The translations under genes and the position numbers were made by a program. Shown piece by piece: positions 54,168-64,000 of a DNA stretch of 64,000 nt (positions are counted from its first letter, which is position 1; each line of letters starts with the position of its first letter). Origin of the DNA: Minisyncoccota bacterium. Its GTDB lineage: Bacteria > Patescibacteriota > Minisyncoccia > UBA6257 > 02-FULL-45-10c. The DNA is taken from contig DATDXY010000001.1 of NCBI GenBank assembly GCA_036517155.1, positions 6,510-70,509 of the forward strand. The letters run 5' to 3'. The notes beneath the pieces are model-generated. The model was not told the DNA's origin and made no database searches. It was given only the letters and a program-made list of their open reading frames with translations.

Positions 54168-55664
54168 TTGAAAACTGATCACAAAAGAAACTGTGCCTTC
54201 CGAATTATCCAGTACGTCGGCTGGCTTTAAGTCCGTTGATTTTATCCCATTCGCTTCGGCAAGTTTGTTTTTAAAATTTACAATAGTTGTCCGGCTTGTA
54301 GCTTTGCCATTTAACACGCCAGTCGTATGGTCGCTATTAACTATGATGGCAGTGACAGTAATAGAGGAATTTTGCGCAATTTCAAGAATGGAGTGAAAGA
54401 CCGGTAAAAAATCGTTGGATTCAATTTTTGCGGCCAACGCTCGTTGGGCCAGCGTATTAAATTCAACCGCTTTTTGCACCAATTCATTCATTTCTCTAAC
54501 AGCTGGATTAGCATCTAAAGCTTGCAAGTCATTTTCAATGACTTGTTCCGTTTTCCATAAAAAACCGTCACTTACTACAAACACCAATACCAAAAAACCT
54601 AGCGTGGTAATCGTAATGCTTTCCCATAATTTTACAAAGGATTTAATTTCATTGTGGGAAAATTGTTCTTCCGTATCTACCGGAGAAAGGCTGATAAAAT
54701 TATCCTCCGATCTTGGAATCAATCCCCGTAACGCGCTGCCACAGGCAACATACCAAGAAGCCGGTAAATCGGAAAAATCGCGCAGTTGCAACGATTTTAC
54801 TTCTATTGATGGAAAGGCTTCTTTAATGATTTTTTCAATTTCTTGATAAAGACCGTGCGTCATCAGCGTTAATTGTGTCGCTTGACCGCCCCAGTGGCTG
54901 CTGTAAAAAGTGAATATTTTTTTCATTTCTTGAATTAAAATCTGATTAAAAACATTCAATAGAATTTCCCGGGAATCCTGACTGACGCCGCCCTTGATAG
55001 ATGACCAAGAAACAAAATAACTGAAATATACATTACCATCCTTTACAATCAGAAAATCTAATCCGTCTCCGGAAACCGAAAGGGTAACTTGGGGCTTCTT
55101 TAAATCAATGCCTACGGATTGCATTTTAATTACTCGGCTTATGGCCAAAGAAGGGAACTCTACCGCCGCGGCTATAAAACCCGCTTGTTCCAGTGCTGTC
55201 AAGAATTCGTCCACTACCGGTTTAGCAACGAATGCTCCCAAAAGCTCAATTTTATTTCCTTCCTGACCATCACTCAAACGTTCCCAATCCGCATAGGATG
55301 TTTGCGCATCAACCGGTGATAACATTTGCAGATTCAATGCAGCGGCTTCTTTGATATTAGCTTCGTTTAAAATCGGCAAAGAAAATGCTTGGGTATATAT
55401 ATGATTCGGCGGCAAAGATAAAATCACGGAAATCGTATCTCGAGAACGCCCTAATTGTTCTTTCAAAGACACCAATGCCTGCAAAAATTGCTCAACATTT
55501 TTTAATTGGCCATCCTCAATTACTCCGGCATCCAAACTTACACCTATTTTTTTCAATTCTTTTCCCTGTAATTCTACAAAACGAATCGCTGCGTCGCTAA
55601 TTTCCAAACCGCCTATGGAAAGTTGCGGTTTTAACAATGCGCCAAGATTTTTTAAAAACGGCAT
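54159..55664 (-). CDS. PilM-like actin-fold domain fused to a TM and PilN-like domain
   Basis: GLEISD..IRFVE, GVIEDG, ACGSALRG...ISL.P, then TM, coiled coil and beta-rich end. Confidence 0.75.
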   Translation of the reverse strand: MPFLKNLGALLKPQLSIGGLEISDAAIRFVELQGKELKKIGVSLDAGVIEDGQLKNVEQFLQALVSLKEQLGRSRDTISVILSLPPNHIYTQAFSLPILNEANIKEAAALNLQMLSPVDAQTSYADWERLSDGQEGNKIELLGAFVAKPVVDEFLTALEQAGFIAAAVEFPSLAISRVIKMQSVGIDLKKPQVTLSVSGDGLDFLIVKDGNVYFSYFVSWSSIKGGVSQDSREILLNVFNQILIQEMKKIFTFYSSHWGGQATQLTLMTHGLYQEIEKIIKEAFPSIEVKSLQLRDFSDLPASWYVACGSALRGLIPRSEDNFISLSPVDTEEQFSHNEIKSFVKLWESITITTLGFLVLVFVVSDGFLWKTEQVIENDLQALDANPAVREMNELVQKAVEFNTLAQRALAAKIESNDFLPVFHSILEIAQNSSITVTAIIVNSDHTTGVLNGKATSRTTIVNFKNKLAEANGIKSTDLKPADVLDNSEGTVSFVISFQLL

Positions 55665-55673
55665 ATTGATGAT

Positions 55674-56090
55674 TTACAAAGGTAACTCTTTAATAGATTC
55701 CAAACTTACTTCGCCAAAAGCTGATACGGACACAATCGCTTCCACTTTCCGGCTTCGAGTTAATGCCGTTCCCGTTGAAGAAATTTTGCGATTACCCACA
55801 CCGCCGCACTCCGGTAATGTGGTGCAAATTTCTACAGTGACATTTGCCGTATTGACGGAAAATTGATAACTGGTGGGGAAATTATTATTATCTCGAGCCA
55901 GGCGAATTAATCCGTCCTGAACGCCAGCATACGCCGCAGCCAGAGCTTCCGAAGAAAGCCTGGATCCTAATCCAGAAGTACTCAATAAATACACCCCAAC
56001 AGTAAGCACGATCATAATATTCACCACTACACCGCCAAGCACTAATAATGTTGGCAACGCTGCAATACCCCGATAAGATGTAAATTTCAT
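55674..56090 (-). CDS. PilX-like minor pilin
   Basis: RGIAALPTLL (no E5), ALAAA.AGV.D...L and ISSTG. Confidence 0.7.
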   Translation of the reverse strand: MKFTSYRGIAALPTLLVLGGVVVNIMIVLTVGVYLLSTSGLGSRLSSEALAAAYAGVQDGLIRLARDNNNFPTSYQFSVNTANVTVEICTTLPECGGVGNRKISSTGTALTRSRKVEAIVSVSAFGEVSLESIKELPL

Positions 56091-56098
56091 AGTGTAAT

Positions 56099-56986
56099 TT
56101 ATTGACCCCAAGTCACAATTATGTCCGTTACTTCCGGCGCTAAATCGACACCCCAAGTGGCCGATTCTAAAATCGCCTTATAACGAAAATACCGGTGATT
56201 GCTATGGTAAACGAACGACAATTGCACCGGATCATCCGGTCCAGTCGGCACATAATAATCATCCGATAAACCATTAGGACCAATAAAACTCCACGGGCCA
56301 TTTTCATTATTAGAAGAAGCAAACTGAAATTTAACGTTAGTACCAATCGGTTTCTGTCCTCGATACATCAAGCTGTAAAATGCCACTGGCGATCCCGCAT
56401 CATAAGTACTGGATTCAACTGTTGCGGCAGTGGACGAAATAGTAGCGGTAGTTTTGACTTTATAATTCGAGGTGGCGCAAGTTCCAGTATTGGTACAATT
56501 AAAACTAATCCAGCCAATAATATCATTCCAAGCAAAACCGCTAAAATTTCCGCTGCCATCAACCGTTACCTGATAATTTGAGGTAGCGCAGGTATTAGTA
56601 TTGTCTGGCGACGGGGTCCCATCACTAGTATGATCGCAATTAAAACTCACCCAGCCAATCGCGTCGTTCCATCCCCAACCAGACAAATTACCATCACCGT
56701 CATTAACCACTTTATACGGTATTGTGCAATTGCTGCCTGGCGGGCCAAAAGCGCAATTTAGAGAAATAAATCCTACTGAAGAATTCGCATAACCGCGCAA
56801 TTCATTAGCCAGAACTTCAACATTAGGATTACTAGAATATTGAAAATCAATCCAACTAACAATGTCATTCCATGCCCATTTATCGGTCGCGTCAATATTG
56901 GGAGCGGCATATACCACCACACCCACACCAAGCAACATGATCGCGCTTATTATCCATACTATTTTATTATTTATTTTGTTCTTCAT
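56099..56986 (-). CDS. Exported protein with repeated G(W/F/Y)AWND.IGWISFNC motifs
   Basis: Four imperfect repeats; C-terminal RYFRYKA.L; start taken at ATG 56986. Confidence 0.75.
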   Translation of the reverse strand: MKNKINNKIVWIISAIMLLGVGVVVYAAPNIDATDKWAWNDIVSWIDFQYSSNPNVEVLANELRGYANSSVGFISLNCAFGPPGSNCTIPYKVVNDGDGNLSGWGWNDAIGWVSFNCDHTSDGTPSPDNTNTCATSNYQVTVDGSGNFSGFAWNDIIGWISFNCTNTGTCATSNYKVKTTATISSTAATVESSTYDAGSPVAFYSLMYRGQKPIGTNVKFQFASSNNENGPWSFIGPNGLSDDYYVPTGPDDPVQLSFVYHSNHRYFRYKAILESATWGVDLAPEVTDIIVTWGQ

Positions 56987-56987
56987 T

Positions 56988-57650
56988 TTAAGGATAAGTG
57001 TAACCGGAAATTCTGATTGCTCCGGGGCTTGTTGTAATATCAACGTTCCCGGATCCGATAAAATAACGACTTCCAAAATCCAACACCGGTCCGGCCGTAG
57101 CGCCGCCGGCTGACCAATCAGTTTGTTTGGCAATTTTCGGTCCCCAACGAGTAAGATAACTAGAAATTTCTAAATGACCAGGCTGGCTCGGCACATCCCA
57201 ATCAACGCCAACAACAATTTTTTGGGTGGAAGGGTCTTCCCGAGACGGCGTGAAGGTTGATTCGATATCGCCATTCCCATCTCGAGAAACATTTTCTAAA
57301 TAGAAATAACGTCGATACGTAATGCCATTGACCACCAATGATTCTTCCGCGCCTTGATTAACAATAAATTGACCGCCCGAAACAGTAAGATAGTTTTTTT
57401 TTGCCAAATCCAGTGGAGGTGCTTTGGGCAATGCATAAACCACCGACCATTGGGCTTCAGAAAATGCGCGCGCATTATCCAACAAGCCATTAGCAAATGA
57501 ACCAGCGGCTTGGTTTTGTTCATTAGAATTTCCAGATCGCAACACCAAAAAAAGCGAACCGGTTGCGGCACTGATCATTATAATGCTGATCCCCAAACCA
57601 ATCACTGCTTCAATTAACGATTGGCCTCGATTATAATACTGCTTAATCAC
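56988..57650 (-). CDS. PilV-like minor pilin
   Basis: RGQSLIEAVI class III signal; GTG start 7 nt after TATACT. Confidence 0.75.
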   Translation of the reverse strand: MIKQYYNRGQSLIEAVIGLGISIIMISAATGSLFLVLRSGNSNEQNQAAGSFANGLLDNARAFSEAQWSVVYALPKAPPLDLAKKNYLTVSGGQFIVNQGAEESLVVNGITYRRYFYLENVSRDGNGDIESTFTPSREDPSTQKIVVGVDWDVPSQPGHLEISSYLTRWGPKIAKQTDWSAGGATAGPVLDFGSRYFIGSGNVDITTSPGAIRISGYTYP

Positions 57651-57665
57651 TACCTATAGTATACC

Positions 57666-58160
57666 CTAGGAATCCACAACCTCAATCAATCCATTGTTAG
57701 AAATGTTAATAGTTTTGGAATCTCCGCCACCAATTTGGGTAATAGTGATGGTTTGATTGCCACCTTCTGGGGCCCCGTACAACTTAGAAAAAATAATATC
57801 CAAAGCGGCTCCTCCTTGAGCTGGGACCGTGAATTCCACTGAATTCGGTAATACAATCCGGTTGACCGAATTGATTGTTGTGCATACATTGCAATAAAAA
57901 ATCGTATAAGAATCATCACCGCCACTTTGGGCTTCTATCCGAACTCCCCACTTCGCGGATACCCCCAATGCCGGACCAATTTCTTGAGTAATCGATTTTT
58001 GCTGGGTGTCCCGAATATAATTCGCTAAAGATGTTGCTGTACTTTTTAAATCTTGCGCTCTTTTAAAACCGCCGAAGTTAGTCACTCCTATGCCGCCCAG
58101 TATTACGATAATTCCAATCACTACCATCAGCTCGGAAACGGTAAAACCTCTTTTTTGCAT
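57666..58160 (-). CDS. FimT/GspH-like minor pilin
   Basis: KRGFTVSELMVVI. Confidence 0.8.
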   Translation of the reverse strand: MQKRGFTVSELMVVIGIIVILGGIGVTNFGGFKRAQDLKSTATSLANYIRDTQQKSITQEIGPALGVSAKWGVRIEAQSGGDDSYTIFYCNVCTTINSVNRIVLPNSVEFTVPAQGGAALDIIFSKLYGAPEGGNQTITITQIGGGDSKTINISNNGLIEVVDS

Positions 58161-58173
58161 ATGTTTTTTTTAT

Positions 58174-59385
58174 TTAGACACTACCTACTAATTGATAAAT
58201 CGGGACAACAATCGCCAATGCAATGCCGCCAATCATAATACCGATAAAAAGCAAAAGAATCGGTTCGATAAACGTCACCAAGCTTTTGACCGAGGTATCG
58301 ATTTCAGATTCATAAAAATCCGCCAGCGTTCGCAAAATATCTTCCGTATGACCGGCTTTTTCGGAAATCGAAATAAGATTGACGATCACTAACGGAAAAG
58401 ACGGTTCTCGGCGAAACGCCTCTCCTACCGTTAAACCCTTGGCAATTCCTTCCCGCGCAATGCGTTGTAAACTTTCTTTATATTCATCTGAGCCAACCGC
58501 ATCCGCGGTAATTTCCAAGGAATCTAAAATCGGCATGCCGGCCTTAATCAAGGAAGAAAGCGTGCTGGCGAATCGCTGCAGCGCCATTTCTTTTAAAACT
58601 TTGTTGATTATCGGCAATCTATAAAAAATTCTTAACACTACTTGCCGATTGACGGGTATCTTCATTAAGAAAAACCAAAGCGTAACTCCTCCGATTGCAA
58701 TACCGGGTAAAATGAAAAAGATATATTGATTCAAAAATAAACCGACACCAAACACAATTCTGGAAAAAAGCGGCGGTTCAAATCCGGTGCCGGTAAATAC
58801 ATTGGCAATTTTTGGCAACGCAAAACTAACTAAAAGGATAAGAATTAAAACTGATAAGCCAAGAAGGATAATTGGGTACACCAGCGCAGCTCTTACTTTA
58901 TTCCGTAATTCCTGCTCTTTTCCCAGGGTGGCGCTGAGATTTAAAAAAACCGTCTCTAAATTACCCGAAGCTTCTCCGGATTTAACCAAATTAACAAATA
59001 CGGAAGAAAAATATTGAGGGTATTTCGCAAATGTAGAATAAAATGGTTGCCCCTTTTCTAATGTTGATCGAATTTCAATAAGAAATGCTTTTAAGATTGG
59101 CTTATCAAAATCTTTAATTAATACGTCAATGGCTCGAAATAAATCGGTGCCGGCCTTTAACATTAGGGATAGGTATTTGGTTAAAAAAATCTTATCCGCA
59201 ATGGTAATCTTTTGTCCGAACAATGCCTTGGATTTAATTACTTCCGCCTCTTTATAAACTTTTAAAGAAATTGGCCGCAATCCCTGGCCCGCAAGAAAAC
59301 TTAGAACTTCGTCAGAATTCTGAGCTTCTACATCACCCTGTAACATTCTGCCGCTGGAATCAGAGGCGGTATAAGTAAATTTCAT
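58174..59385 (-). CDS. pilC: Type IV pilus platform protein
   Basis: GEASGNL, ALVYP, GMPIL, EKAG and IEP...VPIY. Confidence 0.9.
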   Translation of the reverse strand: MKFTYTASDSSGRMLQGDVEAQNSDEVLSFLAGQGLRPISLKVYKEAEVIKSKALFGQKITIADKIFLTKYLSLMLKAGTDLFRAIDVLIKDFDKPILKAFLIEIRSTLEKGQPFYSTFAKYPQYFSSVFVNLVKSGEASGNLETVFLNLSATLGKEQELRNKVRAALVYPIILLGLSVLILILLVSFALPKIANVFTGTGFEPPLFSRIVFGVGLFLNQYIFFILPGIAIGGVTLWFFLMKIPVNRQVVLRIFYRLPIINKVLKEMALQRFASTLSSLIKAGMPILDSLEITADAVGSDEYKESLQRIAREGIAKGLTVGEAFRREPSFPLVIVNLISISEKAGHTEDILRTLADFYESEIDTSVKSLVTFIEPILLLFIGIMIGGIALAIVVPIYQLVGSV

Positions 59386-59397
59386 AAAAAATTGCTA

Positions 59398-61104
59398 TTA
59401 CTCTCGAATTACCCGTAATACTTCGTCAATTGAAGTCATACCTCGCTCGGCTTTAATCAGACCATCTTCAAACATTGTCCGCATCCCCTGTTGCCGAGCT
59501 AGAACCCGCAAACCGTCTAAATCAAATGTTGGACTAACAATCAATTGGCGAATTTCATCATTAAACTCTAATGCTTCAAAAATTCCCATTCGACCTTTCA
59601 AGCCGCTATGCCCGCAAGACTTGCAACCCTTGCCTCGATATAAAAGTTTTGGTACTTTTACATTTTTTTCAATCCCCAATTCCTTTAGCTGCTTCTCAAT
59701 AATATCCGTGGTAGCTTGATCTGCTTTATACGATTCTATGCAGTCCAAACAAATTCGCCCCACCAAACGCTGGGCAACAATTACATTTAATACCGCGGAA
59801 ACCAAAAAGGCCGGGATTTTCATATCTAAAAGCCTGGGCACTGCCGTCGATGCGTCATTAGTGTGGATGGTGGACAGCACTAAGTGGCCAGTTAATGCCG
59901 CATTCACGGCAATATCCGCCGTTTCTAGATCTCGAATTTCTCCGACCATAATAATATTTGGATCTTGGCGAAGGAGCGAACGCAAACCGCTGGCAAAAGT
60001 AATGCCAGCTTGAGCATTGACTTGAATTTGATTTACATACTTCACGCTATATTCAATTGGATCTTCAATGGTGGAAATATTGACTTCCGGTCGATTCAAA
60101 ATATTCAGAACCGAGTATAAAGTAGTGGTTTTACCCGATCCAGTCGGACCACATACCAGCACCATGCCGTAGCTTTTTTTGATATTTTCCCTGACTATTT
60201 TTGCCGTGTCTTCCAACATTCCATCTTCTTCTAGGGAAACCGGCTTTTGGGTCGCAGCGAGCAAACGCATTTCAATTTTCTCTCCGAAGTAAGTCGGGAT
60301 GATAGATACCCGCAAGTCCACTATTTCCGAACCGAGTTGCTGACGAAAACGACCATCTTGCGGCTTAGAGTGTTCATCCAGCTTTAATCCAGCCAATAAT
60401 TTAATCCGCGCGACAATCGATGGGTGCACTTCTTTCGCAATTCGAATGAACTCGTGCAAAATACCGTCAATTCGATAGCGAACTAAAACGCCATCTTCTA
60501 ATACTTCTAGATGAATATCTGAAGCCCGGCTGGAAACGCCATATCCAATCAAAGTATCCACAATAGCGACAATCGGTAATTCCACCGCGGCTTCTTCCGC
60601 GCCAGATGCCCGCGAACGAAATGAAGCGGCAATATTTTCTTCAATAACGCGTTTGAATTCTTCCGTTGAGCCTCGGCTATATAAAGTGAGACCCTGATTA
60701 AGATCCGTTTGAGATGCTAAAAAGATTTTTAAATCTGCTTTTAAATAACGTTTTAAAAACTCAATAGTTTCTAAATCACTCGGATCTTCAATGGCAATTT
60801 TTAGAGCGCCGTCTGAGTCTTGACCAAATACGATTACTCGTTTTTGCCGCGACAAATCTTCCGGCAATAACCGTAGGGACTGTTCATCAATGCTTTTTTC
60901 ATCTAAATGCGCTTTGGGAACGCCAAAATATTCCGCCAGTAAATCCGAAAAATAATTCTCAGAAATAGTCCCTCGAGAAATTAAAATATCAGAAATATTT
61001 TGCCCCATTCGCTTGGATTCCTGGGTAATCGCATCAAAATCCACCTCGGTGATTAAACCTTCTTTGATCAGCGCTTCTTTTAATTTTTGATCTGGAATTT
61101 GCAT
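59398..61104 (-). CDS. pilB: Type IV pilus extension ATPase
   Basis: ASDIH, PQDGRF, GPTGSGKTT, EDPIE, LRQDP, ALTGHLVLST.H and Cys motifs. Confidence 0.92.
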   Translation of the reverse strand: MQIPDQKLKEALIKEGLITEVDFDAITQESKRMGQNISDILISRGTISENYFSDLLAEYFGVPKAHLDEKSIDEQSLRLLPEDLSRQKRVIVFGQDSDGALKIAIEDPSDLETIEFLKRYLKADLKIFLASQTDLNQGLTLYSRGSTEEFKRVIEENIAASFRSRASGAEEAAVELPIVAIVDTLIGYGVSSRASDIHLEVLEDGVLVRYRIDGILHEFIRIAKEVHPSIVARIKLLAGLKLDEHSKPQDGRFRQQLGSEIVDLRVSIIPTYFGEKIEMRLLAATQKPVSLEEDGMLEDTAKIVRENIKKSYGMVLVCGPTGSGKTTTLYSVLNILNRPEVNISTIEDPIEYSVKYVNQIQVNAQAGITFASGLRSLLRQDPNIIMVGEIRDLETADIAVNAALTGHLVLSTIHTNDASTAVPRLLDMKIPAFLVSAVLNVIVAQRLVGRICLDCIESYKADQATTDIIEKQLKELGIEKNVKVPKLLYRGKGCKSCGHSGLKGRMGIFEALEFNDEIRQLIVSPTFDLDGLRVLARQQGMRTMFEDGLIKAERGMTSIDEVLRVIRE

Positions 61105-61114
61105 TACTAATTTT

Positions 61115-61690
61115 TTACGTATGGAAAACAAGATCCTTGACCCAAGGAATTTTGCTAATCAATATTTGAATCGTTATCAATGTCAGCGCACTCGCGGGCA
61201 ACCATAAATAGTAAAAGGAAACCCGTTGATTTTTTAAAATCACCAAAACCAGTAAGGCAATCAACATAAAAATGCCAAATACTAACCAACCCGGATGTCC
61301 AGCGTATAAGACACTTAACAATAAAAGCCAAAATTCTGATGGATAAAAAAATCTTTCCTGAAAACGCTTATTCAACCAATGCATTTTCCAGAAACCAAGA
61401 CCCGCAATAGCGAATGCTACCGCATATTCTACCGCAAACTGGATAAACCAATAGGACAGGAAATCCCACCAGGTTATGTGAGGAGGCAATAAAAACCTAC
61501 CCAATGGATCTAAGCTTCTAGTAAGATATAAAAGATAACCGGAGTATCCAAGCAAAGCGATTAATAAACCGATACCAACCCACACAGCTTTACGGATGAT
61601 TAGATAAAATCTTTCTTGGGGAACTAAAAGTTGATAGATCCAAAGCCCTAATAAATACAAATACAACAATTCATTGAATGGCAAAGACAT
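61115..61690 (-). CDS. Polytopic membrane hypothetical protein between the pilin and pilB
   Basis: 5-6 TM segments; RFLLPP, FFYPSE and GHPGW. Confidence 0.65.
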   Translation of the reverse strand: MSLPFNELLYLYLLGLWIYQLLVPQERFYLIIRKAVWVGIGLLIALLGYSGYLLYLTRSLDPLGRFLLPPHITWWDFLSYWFIQFAVEYAVAFAIAGLGFWKMHWLNKRFQERFFYPSEFWLLLLSVLYAGHPGWLVFGIFMLIALLVLVILKNQRVSFYYLWLPASALTLITIQILISKIPWVKDLVFHT

Positions 61691-61704
61691 ATTATAATTA
61701 TATA

Positions 61705-61732
61705 ACAAAACTCCCCGAAGGGGGAGTTTTGT
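61705..61732 (-). terminator. Terminator after the major pilin
   Basis: ACAAAACTCCCC-GAAG-GGGGAGTTTTGT. Confidence 0.8.
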
Positions 61733-61752
61733 GCACTACAACCGAAAGCTGA

Positions 61753-62355
61753 TTACAGATTTAAACCTGGATCAGTTCCAATTTCATAGATTGACTCAAG
61801 ATCACCGCCATCTTTTGCATTCGATTCTACATCATCACCGCCAGTGGTAGAGTATCGAGTACTTTCCATGTTTGCGTTCAACTCAAACGTTTTGTTTGTG
61901 TTGTCACAGGCATAGCTGAAGTAATAGGTAGTATCGTTAATCGGATCAACTGGCAAGGATGCAAGAGGCGCGCCTCCTGGAATCGCTGCTAAGTTTACCG
62001 GAATCCAACCATTACCATCGCTTTCTCGGGTAGTATCAATAGTTGTGGTTTTCGTTGATGTTGCGTGACGAAGCTGTCCACAGTTTGCGCCAACCCCAGA
62101 TGCTCCAGTGAAACACATCGTTGAACAACTTAACGCACCAGTAAAATCTAAGTCCGGATTAGAAACGGTCGCTGTATATAAACCGATTGCGCTACGCATA
62201 GAGCTCATATTCTCAACTCGTTGGGAATCTCGAGCTTGCCGGAATAATTCTGCCGGGTTTAATACTAATACCGTTACTGTTCCTAAAATCGCTAAAATAC
62301 CGATAACGATTAAGAGTTCCAATAATGTGAAACCTCTTTTTTCTGTGTTAATCAT
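61753..62355 (-). CDS. Probable major type IV pilin
   Basis: KRGFTLLELLIVI; own promoter (TG.TATAAT at 62395-400) and terminator. Confidence 0.85.
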   Translation of the reverse strand: MINTEKRGFTLLELLIVIGILAILGTVTVLVLNPAELFRQARDSQRVENMSSMRSAIGLYTATVSNPDLDFTGALSCSTMCFTGASGVGANCGQLRHATSTKTTTIDTTRESDGNGWIPVNLAAIPGGAPLASLPVDPINDTTYYFSYACDNTNKTFELNANMESTRYSTTGGDDVESNAKDGGDLESIYEIGTDPGLNL

Positions 62356-62431
62356 AAAATTAATAATTTATTGGGACCTTTTTAATGTAAGTCTATTATA
62401 TCAAACGCTGCGGTATTCACAATTTCTATAC

Positions 62432-62440
62432 TGTGGATAA
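62432..62440 (-). promoter_or_regulatory. DnaA box upstream of the pilin promoter
   Basis: Perfect TTATCCACA. Confidence 0.5.
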
Positions 62441-62461
62441 GTATTTCAATTTGGCTTGTCG

Positions 62462-62827
62462 TTAATTGAGGATTTCTTTTACTTTCCCGATTAAAAAATC
62501 AATGGAAATATTCGCTTTCACAAGATAATCCGTTGCTCCCAATTCTTTGCCGCGGGCAATATCACTGTCTTGTCCTAAATTAGAAATAATAATAATCGGA
62601 GTTTTGGGTATTTGCGGATCCGCTTTAATATCTTCCATTACTTCAAATCCGGATTTACCCGGTAAAATCAAATCCAATAAAATTAAATCCGGCTGGCTTT
62701 TTTTTAGAGCTGCTAATGCGGCGCCGCCATCTTTTACTAGCTCCACTTCAAAACCTTCTTTCTGGATTCGGTTATGAAGCAAAGATGATAAAAATTGGTC
62801 ATCTTCAATAAGTAAAATCTTGCGCAT
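62462..62827 (-). CDS. Single-domain response regulator (REC)
   Basis: ILLIEDD, PDLILLDL.LP, IIISN and YLVK. Confidence 0.92.
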   Translation of the reverse strand: MRKILLIEDDQFLSSLLHNRIQKEGFEVELVKDGGAALAALKKSQPDLILLDLILPGKSGFEVMEDIKADPQIPKTPIIIISNLGQDSDIARGKELGATDYLVKANISIDFLIGKVKEILN

Positions 62828-62867
62828 AGACAATTGTGTATTTTAATAATACCAAATTTTCCGCCAT

Positions 62868-62895
62868 AAAAAAAGCCGACCTCTGCCGGCTTTTT
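62868..62895 (-). terminator. Terminator ending the 16S transcript
   Basis: AAAAAGCCGGC-AGAG-GTCGGCTTTTTTT on the minus strand. Confidence 0.75.
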
Positions 62896-63029
62896 CTTGA
62901 AAATTTTCTAGTTGCCCCAACCGCGATTCGCCGAATGGCGAAAAGAATCGAAACTCGAAGGCTCCTCGATCAATGCCTTATTTTGTAAATATCGACACGA
63001 ATCTTTTCAATGAAGAAAAGATTTGTAGT

Positions 63030-64000
<971 letters not shown>

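Noticed and set aside
56360-56900. Repeats within 56099..56986 as a CRISPR or DGR template
   Set aside because: In-frame protein repeats with synonymous divergence; no spacers, cas or reverse transcriptase
36613-62440. DnaA boxes as a replication origin
   Set aside because: Boxes are isolated and kilobases apart; no cluster or dnaA gene
818-62777. Numerous antisense or nested ORFs in the track (e.g. 2447..2866, 5423..5965, 48192..48872)
   Set aside because: Shadows of well-supported genes; no motifs or expression signals

Overview
64 kb chromosomal segment of a Patescibacteria (CPR) bacterium, most consistent with Parcubacteria. Evidence: the 16S sequence, CPR-type pilin families, reduced fermentative metabolism, and genetic code 11 (TGA used as stop). 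Housekeeping content: queA/tgt, xth, obgE, a greA-like gene, ABC-F, cspA, tRNA-Asn, class II RNR, ybeY-ftsA-ftsZ, rpsU, hisS, lepB and pth. It also carries lower-glycolysis/lactate enzymes, a copper/thiol-redox operon, a type IV pilus locus, two dispersed pilin-LamG genes and the 3' ~970 nt of a stand-alone 16S rRNA gene. Main observations: (1) The 16S tail lacks the anti-Shine-Dalgarno and native genes are leaderless or SD-less, yet five monocistronic accessory cassettes share a promoter - ~40 nt leader - perfect AGGAGG - ORF - terminator design. (2) A recurrent 5'UTR motif AAAGGUC(G) about 18-25 nt before start codons is complementary to the 16S helix 26 loop. (3) The copper operon is led by a membrane leader ORF ending WQALLEKRDP whose last codons form the 5' arm of a long terminator-like hairpin, a candidate ribosome-stalling attenuator. 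(4) There are three unannotated Cys-rich micro-ORFs, a pseudoknot-like leader, a LexA with a lexA3-like substitution, and promoter-proximal DnaA boxes. No CRISPR array, integrase or transposase was seen. All calls come from reading the sequence; no database searches were run.
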